From assembly GCA_965645245.1 (NCBI GenBank), contig OZ287087.1, positions 1,240,001 to 1,304,000 of the forward strand: a DNA stretch of 64,000 nt. Reading direction: 5' to 3'. Under the pieces are notes generated by a model. It was given only the letters and a program-made list of their open reading frames with translations. It ran no database searches and had not been told where the DNA came from. Positions within the stretch are counted from its first letter, which is position 1; every line of letters begins with the position of its first letter. Shown here piece by piece: positions 24,905 to 35,149 of this stretch. The stretch is from Massalongia carnosa (lineage: Eukaryota). A program made the position numbers and the translations under genes.

Positions 24905-27387
24905 TAATTGTTTAATTTAATATCATATAGAAGAATTAATGGATCTTCGACGAGTTCGATTGTTTTCAATTTATTCTGAATTTCGAAGATCTCTTTATTC
25001 TTCATTCTCTGTCTTTGTAGAAATAAGATTATTTCTATTATGTCTTCATTTCTTCGCTGAATTTGTCTTGTTCGCATGATTAGCAGTTCTTCGATTGTTT
25101 TAACATAATTTCATGATAATATTCTTCATGTTGAAATTTCTAATTCAATTAATAGAACTGTCTCATTGTCACAGTTCAAGTAGAAAAATGTGTTGTCGAT
25201 GCTAACACGAATGATCGTACTATCGATTCATAAAATATCATGCAAATTATCAACTCATTTGCTCATGTCTTTATTCATTATTTTTGACAAGACTTGAACA
25301 ACTGATCGATAATCAAGTTTTATCATATCATTTGCTTGCGAATGATATGCAGAAACAACAATTTTCTTGATTTCGTATCGATTTGTTAACTCAATGACAA
25401 CATCTTTATTTTCTGACTCTTTATCAACAATCAGCTTTTCGAAAATTTCATATCTGCATATAAAATCTTTTCATAAGAATCTCGCGACATTTTGAGCAGT
25501 AATTCATTTTAGTTTTTTATTCTCGATTCATTCGAAAAAGTCATTTCTAGTCATAACAAGATAACTTATTTCTCGAAAGATCGACATGTGTACAACGTCT
25601 AATTCGATCTTTTGTCACATGTAAATAACTCACGTAAAATGAAGTGCTTCTTCGAGTCTAATGAAATCACGTTTATGACATTTCTCGCAGAAACGAACAT
25701 AACTTTTGAAATCATCATGTAATTGATTTCACCATTATCGATTCGCAATGTTTCTGTATGTATTCTTTCTGTTCTTGTGCTCGCTTTCATCATATAACTG
25801 TTTCAATATTTTCAATTTCTTTTTATCTGAATCGATTACTCGTCTGAATGATACGTTTTTGCTATTTCGTTTATAAAGATGATCATCTTGTACTCGATAC
25901 CGCAATGTCTCGCTCTTGAACGTTCTAAACTTTTTTCGATTTAATTCGATCGATCTTTGTAATAATGTTAAAATCGCAATTATTCTTTCGAATTTATCGT
26001 TATATTCGATTCTTAACATTTTTTTTTCTGAAACTTCATCTGAATTTATCGAAATTGAACAGATTTTTAACGAATTCAGTTTCGCATTTATGAAATCGTT
26101 TATGTCTTGCTCTTGTTGTTCGATCAAAATATTCTCTTCGATATGAGATCGTTTAAACAGATCGTCTGCTGCAGTATGTTTTCGATCAGCAATATATTTG
26201 ATCTCGTAGTCAATCAAATGTATTCATGCGATTCAGCGAACTATCAAAACATTAGATAAATCGATATATGCTTCATTAAATTAAGTGATCAAAACGATCG
26301 CGTTCGTTTCTAATACGAAATGAATTTCAAACAGTCAATGTCTTGTTTTCTTTAATGTCTTCAACATATTTCGACACTTTCTTTTGATTGCATAATATCG
26401 CTGTTTCATCTCATTTCAAATTTCGCTTTTATATCGAATGAGATAACGCTTGTCATCGAATATTTGCATCAGTATCGTTTTTCATTCTTTCAAACTCGCA
26501 TTTACAGTCAATATGATCAATTCAATTAATTCGTTATAATTAATAATTCTTAATGTCGACGAAAATGTCAAAATCATTTTCAGCAGATTTATCGTCTCAA
26601 TTTGATTCATATCTCATTCAAATTCAGCATCCTTTTTCAGCAAGCGATAAATTGATTCAGCAATGATGACGAAATTCAATATTCAAATGCGATAATAAAA
26701 ACACATCTCAATAAATACACGAGCGAAGATAAAATCAATGCATATGAATCATTTCAGAATTTTGATGATCTTGATCATGTTCGAATGTTTATCATCGAAA
26801 TCGATCACGTAGTCTACTATTATCAGATCAATTATGCAGAATTGCGACATTTTATCAATGATTTTGTAGTCAGCTCGCTTTATGTTCGGGAACACTTCGT
26901 CTAGTCATATGATATGTTCAAACACGTACTTTGTGATGTCGAGTGTCACTTTCGCATCATCATAATCAGTTTTCGATTTCTTCATTTCGATGTCATTCAG
27001 AAAGAATTCAACGCGATTCGAAATATGATTCTGCAATATCTTGATCATTATTCGCACGAATTACGTTATCGAATTGATAATTTTTTGAAATAATTTAATC
27101 ATTCGCAATAGTTCTATTAATGTCATGAACGCAGTCATGTCGCGATTGAATATGTCAAGTTTTATCTGATCATAATTTGAAAAGAAATCGATCAATAAAA
27201 CAATAAAAAATTCGAGAAGGTTCTTCGAAAACTCATTTATCGAAGGCGACAGATACGCATTTCGAACAATCATCTTGTTTATGTTCGAAGCTGGATTAAT
27301 AAGTCGATACTTGTTTTTTTTTTCTTCTTTGTTAAATATCATGAATTTCGATATAAATCATGACAAAATTTCAAAATTCTTCGCTTT

Positions 27388-27956
27388 TGTAACGGTTCGA
27401 TCAAGCGTGGTGCGGACGGCAGGAACTACAGTGAACATAGCAGGAGTCCCAGTTATAGTAGAATAGAGCTTGGTCTGCGGACTAAGTATTGTGCCTTTTG
27501 GTCGGGAGGACAGGTGGTGCAATGGTAGAAATCTATTCACTATCTCGCTTCGTCACAGAATACTTAGTCATCAATCAGTGTACCAGTCGTGAGTTCGATT
27601 CCTCACCTTAGTTCCTCGCTTTTTCGCCTTGCTTCGACGGACTGAAGCTGGGACGAAACTGGAAAGCGTTGGATGAAAACTTTCTAAGTCGGTTCGGCGA
27701 GGGCAGTACGCTAAGAAGAGCCCATTCTTCGGGGCTAACTATAACTGGAAGCGGCTAGGGACTTGCCGCAGCTAGACGGGCGGTAGTGTAACGGTTCGAC
27801 CAAGCGTGGTGCGGACGGCAGGACCTACAGTGAACATAGCAGGAGTCCCAGTTATTGTAGAATAGAGCTTGGTCTGCGGACTAATTATTGTGCCTTTTGG
27901 TCGAGAGGACAGGTGGCGCAATGGTAGAAATCTATTCACTATCTCGCTTCGTCACA
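27388..27956 (+). mobile_element. TRIM, copy 2
   Basis: 170-bp LTRs 27388-27557 and 27787-27956; TSD GCTTT; reverse-complement homologue of 9350-9920. Confidence 0.95.
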
Positions 27957-28455
27957 GCTTTAATCGATTCTTCAGCATTTCTATTATCGTTGACACGAGA
28001 ATTCTCGACAATGAAAACGATAAAGTCTGTCATGTTTTATGCGAAACGATGCTGATTTTGCATGATAATGACATCTCGATTTTAATTTTGCTCATTTCGA
28101 AAAAGTCTTATAATAATACTGTTTCTAGATTATATAAAATTTGAATCAATACATTCTTCTCAACGAAAATCATATCGTCGTTCATCATTATTCGCTTCAA
28201 TCTTTTCGATGTCAAACGCGAATCTTTAATCAATATCGAAAACTTTGAAATCAATCAATCAGAAAACTTTTCTGATTTCGAAAATTTCTTTTCTTTCTTT
28301 AACGCTTTTGTCTTTCAATCTGCAATTCTTTTTGATATGATGTCATCTGATTGATCAAAATTCACAAGTCTAATTTTCATCGTTTTTCGCTTATATGTCG
28401 TGTCAACTTTTATTGTATTTCGCTTGTCGAAAATTCTGTTTTGATTTATTGTATA

Positions 28456-28896
28456 TATTACGATTCGACTAGAATGTAATTAACTTATCAACTAGAAAGC
28501 TATGAAACTGATAATATCAAAGATACAAGCAAAGAAAGTTCTTTCTAAGGAATCTATATAGATAATTGCGTATTTCAATACAGTTGTTTGTCTGCTTTCT
28601 TCGAAAATGTTTAATTTGATTAAACAGTGTCTTTTATCTTTGATTCTTTTAGTCGTGAATTTGCTTCAAAAGTGTGCTCTCGAGGTATTTCTTTCATGTT
28701 TTTTGTTGCTTCTTGTTGTTTTCAGGATTTGTTTCTATTCGCTTTGTGATGATGATCGAGAATAAGATTTAATGTCGCGAAGCTTTCGATTTTTATGAAC
28801 GCTTAATCTTGAATTAAATGACGAGAGTGATTAACTTGTCAACAGAAGTCTTATCCTCGTCAGTTTAATGAATCAGCCGATGATCGAATCGTGACA
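28456..28896 (-). mobile_element. Solo LTR related to Gypsy family B
   Basis: Reverse complement aligns end to end with the B LTRs (TGTCACGATTCGATC... to ...ATCTTTGATATTATCAGTTTCATAGCTTTCTAGTTGATAAG); TATA on both flanks. Confidence 0.85.
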
Positions 28897-29552
28897 TATA
28901 TATATCGAATTTTCGAAAGAGTTTTAAAAAGAAAAGTTCGATCGAATCAATAAAACGCGACGATGTGAAAACGCGAATATAATGATTCATTGCTGCCACT
29001 TTCGCATTTATAACTGAAAAAGTTAGAATGATTTGATTTAACAGATCGAGGCTGTTAAATGAAACGAAACAATCATTTTTCGAAGATTTCACTTTAACAC
29101 TTGATACTCTCGCTTTTTTCAGATTTTTATCATCATTATCAATCATGAATCTGTTTCGCACATGATGATTGATTAATTTAAGTTTTCTTCCCGATTTTTC
29201 GAAAACAGATTCTCTGCAGTACGATTTTTATTAATTGAATCAAAAATCGCGATGAATTTGACAACTCGATTTCTCCTCTTCGCATGTATAATACATTTCA
29301 TCTCGTTATTATGAGAATTCATATCGATACGCATTTGATAAAGATAAGATTGATTCACCATTAATAGATTATTCACAGCGTCGATGACAAATATGTGATT
29401 GAACGATATTATTTCGTCAATATTAATTTCAACGTTATCACATATATTTAAAAATTCTTTTCGATCTTCAATATGAAAATTAAAATTGATAATGAAATAA
29501 AGTCGCATAATTAAATTCTCTCGTTTGATCACGTTATACGTCATTATAGATT

Positions 29553-29621
29553 CTCCTTCTATACCATCAGTCCTCCTCCTTCTACACCATCAGTCCTCCT
29601 CCTTCTACACCATCAATCCTC
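29553..29621. repeat. 23-bp tandem repeat x3
   Basis: CTCCTTCTA(C/T)ACCATCA(G/A)TCCTC three times. Confidence 0.9.
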
Positions 29622-29803
29622 ACCACGAAGACGCTAAAGGCCTCACCGTGGGGTGACCGTCAAACATAGATTTGCTCCTATCTCTTCGCATCAAAACAAT
29701 GCTAATTTAACGCGTTCATACGCGTCGCAGACTTACGTACGGAAGAGGATACGAAAGCCAACCGCCGGGTGGTAGAATGCGCGCGTCCCTGCACAATGCT
29801 TCT

Positions 29804-30517
29804 AAGGGTTCAAGTCCCTTCATGGAGTAATCAGCTGGAAGAAGATGTGGACCAAATGAGCCGCATCATCCCCAACCCGGGCACAGTCGACACGCGTTCT
29901 AGCTCCTGAGAGTTCAAGTCTCCCCATGCAGTTATCAGCTGGGATCAACAGAACACGTAAAAGGAACCGGGGCGAATGCTGTCACCTCAAGAAAACTCTA
30001 TCTCGGAGTAGAATAACATTATCCCATTTAATAGGCCCGGCCTGTTAAATAAAATCGAGGAAAACACAGAGTCACAAAACACATAGTCATCAATCATACG
30101 TTGTATAAAGCACAGAGTCACAAACATACAGTCACAAACACACAGTCACAAAACACACAGTCACAAAACACACAGTCACAAATAACACAGTCACAAATCA
30201 ATAACACGTCCTGGTGAAGGGGGTTCTGCGGGGGCTCGTTAAGACAGATCTGCACCACGTTAATATCGGAGTACATATTTTTAGAGGTTCAAGTCCTTTC
30301 TAGCAGTCATCAGCTGAAAATAATTTATTTTAACACGGGCATGGTATGGATTTGACACGGGTAGACCTCGATGGATCACAAAACGAATGAAAAATGTTCA
30401 GCGGAACTTCGTTAATATTGTTCTCGAAGACCTCGTTAATAAGATTTTCATAGACCTCGTTAACAACGTTCGTTCATACTCTTAAAGGTTCAAGTCCTTT
30501 CATGCAGTTATCGGCTG
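29804..30517 (+). other. Four dispersed 34-nt tRNA T-arm/B-box-like modules
   Basis: Modules at 29804, 29908, 30283 and 30484: 5-bp stem, TTCAAGT loop, then CATGCAG-like 7-mer and TNATCRGCTG. Confidence 0.75.
30061..30197. repeat. ~15-bp minisatellite (CACACAGTCACAAAA)n, about 8 imperfect copies
   Basis: Repeated cagtcacaaa units. Confidence 0.85.
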
Positions 30518-31321
30518 AGAGCTAAAGACGTATGACACGGGTCAGCTATGTCTATCAGACAGGTCTCCTTCGTCTACAAAACGGAGCCCTCCGGCTGAAA
30601 GAAATGAAACATATAGACACATAGTGTAGGGTCACACCCTACACGATACAAGGGATTTAGGTTATGAAAACAATCCGATTGATTGCTACCGTGAGCAACA
30701 CTGCCCGAACCGGAGTCGTACCGGGGATGGTAGAGGCAACTTAGTCATCAAATAGGACACCCTTGGGACAAGAAGAGGGCAATATACGAGGAACCCGTTA
30801 ATTGATAACAGTCTAGGCCCTGAGCTAATAGACGAATTTCAAACGAGCACCCCTCCGAGTTGTCCTTGACACGTTTTGGTTAGTAGGGACGGCAAATCGA
30901 TACTATACTGCCTGGTCAGGAGCATAGCTGTCGAAATCCATGCGAGACATATTCGGTTCATAAACGGGAGACCTTTATGAATAACGTGAAGTGGGCGTAA
31001 AAAACCCGTGAGGCGTGGTATGCAATGGCGGCCACCGTACAGAGACCGTCTGCATAGCCCGAGAGGATAGTATGCGCATGTCGGTGTATATAGAGCAGGG
31101 AATGTCTATCTCGCTCGTATCGAGACCCCGTCTGTTCGCCGGCGCATAGGCTATGGCTAGACTCGCCTATGATATATGCTTAAGGAGTAAACTGGGTTTG
31201 ACCTGGGTGAAAGGGACGTCATTACCCTAATCGTAGAACTTATCAATAGCCTTAGGCCGTAAAACGCACAAGTAAGGTGAACGAAAACTGGGATAGAGAC
31301 TTCACGAAGGAGATGTTAACT

Positions 31322-34300
31322 CTATTTTATCATTCTTAGCCCAGTAGTCGCCCCCGTACCGGCCCCGTTCAGGTTCCAGAGCGAAAACATCAACCCGGTC
31401 CTTGGCAGCACAAACAGCAAAAAGAGGAAAACCATACCCCCCTTCGATAGCCCCGCGAATCCCCCACGAACGGGAACATCCTGGGCTGACACGGGTATCA
31501 TGAATCCAGAAAACATGAAATAGGCCCTTGCAAAACCAGTTGTAGGTAGACCCCCACTCAAACCCCGAGCTATATCTACTGCCCCGGCGATAATCAGAGC
31601 AAACAACACCACCAACGACCCCTCGACCTCCCAGGCTGAATCAATGAACGTCCTATGAGGGACACGAAATCTCTCTCCATATTGCAGTACAATGTCAGAT
31701 ATGACAGAGTGAGTACAATGTTACCCCTCTTAGCCGATCCGAACACTCAAGACTATTACATTATCTCAGTTCAGGAACCCTGGCGCAATCCATCTATTCC
31801 TACCACGTTAAGCTCTCATCAAAGTGGGTTTCATTTATTATATCGCCCAAATGGAGACACGAGAGTGTGTTTCTATATAAATGATACTATTGACCCTGAT
31901 TGCTGGGAAGTAGAGTATCCATCGGCCGACATGTGCACCCTAAAATTTCGAATGAAAATTGGAAACACATCGGACGCGATCCACGTCCACAATATGTATA
32001 ATCCCTCTCCCATTTCCTATTCTTCCATAGAAAGTCCGTACACGCTAGCAACAGTGAAACGCCAATTAATTGCATAGACAAAACACATTTTACTGGGCGA
32101 CTTCAACCTACATCATCCATTGTGGAATCATTCGTCGAGGCCTACTCAACATGCTGAGTCGAAACAATAACTGAACATAATTGAAGAGGCAAATCTATCA
32201 CTAACACTTCCAAAAGGCACAATTACATTGGAGGCTAGATAATCGTCTAGCACAATCGATCTTGTACTCATGTCAGAAGAACTAATGGATAGACTAGAAC
32301 ATTGCATGTCAAGCCCGGAACTCAATTAGTAGTCCGATCACATTCCGATCTCTACCCGAATTGCGCTAAACAGTGAGGGTCAAACAATCAGAGAACACAG
32401 GGCCTGGAAACTGACGAAAATGAGAAAACTGAGAGAAGCGGAAAAGAGGGCGCCCCCCCCCGAAGACCCCCCGATCCCCCACCGAAATCGATGCTTATAC
32501 CGTGTCAATTCAAAAATTTCTTCAAGAAGTGATATAAACCTCTGTACCTTGGGCTAGACCCAGTAAGTACGCCAAACCCTTTTGGAATGATGAATATAGT
32601 GTGATCACGAAAGAAACTCGTAGGCTCAGACGTGTCTGGTCCAATTCCAGAGAAATTTCTGATTGGATAACATACACAAAATCCAATCACAGAAAACAAA
32701 AAATCATTCAAAATGCTAAAAGACTGTCGTTCCGCAAGGAAATAGAAAAAGCCACTGAATCGCCTACTGATCTCTGGCGACTAGCTAAATAGGCGAAAGA
32801 CAAAAGTGATCAGACAAGAGAAATTCCCAAAATGCACAATCTCGTTCGAGACGACCAAGTAGCAGAGACGTTCGAGGAGAAATCGGACATGCTAAAACAG
32901 AAATTCTTTCCACCCGCCCCTCCGGCCGACTTCAGCGACATAGAGGGTTCATTTTACCCTAGCCCGCCACAATGTCCAATGATCATAACTAAACTAGAGG
33001 TAATGGAAGCCATACGCCGACTCAAGCCCGATACGGCCACGGGTCCGGACGGAATAGCCAACAGAATTGTAAAGGCATGCTCGGAAAAGCTAGTCGAATT
33101 ACTCACCCCACTGTTTCAAGCATGTTTAGAACAAGCATATCATTCTCGTGCATTCAAAACCGCCAACACAATCACGCTCAAGAAAACAGGCAAGGATGAC
33201 TATTCGGCCCCGAACGCCTATCGACCCATAGCACTCCTAAATACGCTTGGAAAAGTAATGGAATCTATCATGTCACAAAAAATAACCCATCTAGAGGAAA
33301 CCCACCGACTCCTGCCCGACACCTAGATGGGCGCCAGACCAGGAAGACCAACCGAATCTGCACTAGAATTGTTGACTGAACAAATTTATACAGTGTGGGG
33401 CCAAGGCACAGACAAATTAGCAATATTATTGAGCATGGACGTAGCAGGAGCCTATGACACAGTGATAAATCGAAGACTGATATACAATCTTCGCAAAAGC
33501 AAAATCCCAAAATGGATCACTGACTGGGTAAACAGTTTTCTGAATGAAAGAAGCACTACCCTGGCGATTCACAGCCGAGTCACGGGTATATTCGATGTAA
33601 AAACCAGAATCCCACAATGCTCCCTTATTTCTCCTATTCTTTATCTGTTCTACAATGCAGAACTACTAGACATATGTGAAAGACCAGGCAGCAACACGAG
33701 TGCTCTAGGCTTCGTAGATGAAATCAATGTGGTAGCATACGGAAAAAGCACCGAAGAAAATTATAAGACGCTAGAGGTAATTCACAAAAAATGTGATAAA
33801 TGGGCAAGTCGACATGGTTCAGTTTTCGCTCCGAAGAAATATGAATTGATACATCTGTCAAGAAATCCGAAGAAATTCAACATGTTCACTGTTATTCAAA
33901 TAGGAAATAACATCATAAAACCAAAGACAGACATCAGAATTCTGGGACTTCAAATCGATTCAAAATTGAAATGGGGTGCTCACACAAGGAAAATCAAGGA
34001 AAAAATGACAAAACAATCCAGGGCATTGACAAAAATATCCACCTCCACATGGGGCGCCACTCTTCTAAAGGCACGCCAGGTTTACACCGCCGTAGTCCGG
34101 CCGGCCATGACGTACGGCTCCACAATTTGGCACATGCCAAAAGAAATTCAAAAATCAAACGTCCTCTCAAACAAACTAGCTGTCATACAAAACAAATTTC
34201 TAAGAAACATAGCCGGAGCCTTCAAAGCAACGCCCATAGCTGTACTTGAAGCAGAGACATTTATAGCCTCAATTGACATACATTTAGATCAACTACTGGC

Positions 34301-34735
34301 CCAGACCAAACAACGCCTGTGTCGAAATTGTCAAAAGAGTTTTATCACAAATGCATGCAACAAAATAGCCAATAAACTTCGAGGTCGGGCAGGACGCAAG
34401 AGGGCCCCAGTCATCACTCCAGGAACGCTGAAATACGCCTGGGCCAAGAGAATCACATCGAAGGCACATAACCCTCCAACACCGACACCACATCCACCAA
34501 GGGCCGAATCCCCCCAGAATCTCGCCCGAGAAATATGGGAGGCACGCGCCGCTCATAACAAAATAACTGCTCAAATAAAAAAACTACACACATTTGCATC
34601 GCAGGCCTCGTGGAGATCATATCAGGAACACACACCCGTTCCTACCCCGGCACAATCAGGTTCACTCTCCAAAAAACGCATCAAATTGCACGAAACTCTA
34701 GCCAAAGCGGAGAGCGCGCTAGCCATTCAGCTACA
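31322..34735 (+). mobile_element. Tad1-like LINE fragment (ORF1 end plus ORF2 with many stops), truncated at both ends
   Basis: ORF2 from ATG 31655 (ILQYNVRYDRVSTM) through RT to ESALAIQL; no 3' UTR or tail; clear similarity to the LINE at 1-4396. Confidence 0.92.
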
Positions 34736-35149
34736 TTCTTCATCAAATGAATAATCGTTCGCGTTATTCTCGTCAATTCGAATTGAGTGAATATCAGCAA
34801 TTTGATTCGCATAATTAAATTGATTAATCAATATTGTTGAAATAGGTATATGACTATGGCTATATTGCTATGTAATAATAAAGGTATGTATGACCGTGAT
34901 GTTAAGGATGAAGAGTTGCTAGGCAGCAATCTTTTCCTATTACGTGTTACCCCCTTCTAAGCGAGGTGATCTTATCTTATCTTGGGACTAAGCCTAATGC
35001 GGCATCTACGGTTTCCGTAGATGAGCTGTCTATTTAGGGCAGCCGTAGGTGCTATGTTCATCGTACTGATAGGTGTTCATTGTGCTGGTAGGAATTGGAT
35101 ATTCAACACCCCCCCTCAAGTCCTACCAGTACTTGTTTCAATCGTGGAT

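Larger units (their letters stand above)
21500..29548 (-). mobile_element. Hypermutated Ty3/Gypsy host element, pol side; its gag continues in fragments between later insertions up to ~60263; left boundary approximate
   Basis: Degenerate protease region (29173-29544), RT (LIDFFSNYDQIKLD..RDMTAFMT), RNase H end (DYEIKYIADRKHTAADDL) and integrase (~24700-25800). Confidence 0.8.

Noticed and set aside
27640..27680. Hammerhead ribozyme (retrozyme) in the TRIM, suggested by CTGAAG...GGACGAAAC
   Set aside because: The CUGANGA core is incomplete and stem II cannot form; an Infernal search would be needed to revive it.
27735..27750. rRNA fragment suggested by TAACTATAAC
   Set aside because: Only 10 nt of similarity; the flanks are not rRNA-like.
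21763..29544. Short Ile/Lys/Phe/Asn-rich ORFs as host genes
   Set aside because: They are fragments or antisense shadows of hypermutated retroelement sequence.
29755..29830. Intact tRNA gene (GTGGTAGAAT...CCC...GGTTCAAGTCC, Gly-like)
   Set aside because: No acceptor stem and no proper D or anticodon stem can be formed; kept only as a T-arm-like module.
30624..30660. Helitron 3' terminus
   Set aside because: The hairpin is present, but there is no CTRR at the expected distance and no Rep/helicase remnant.
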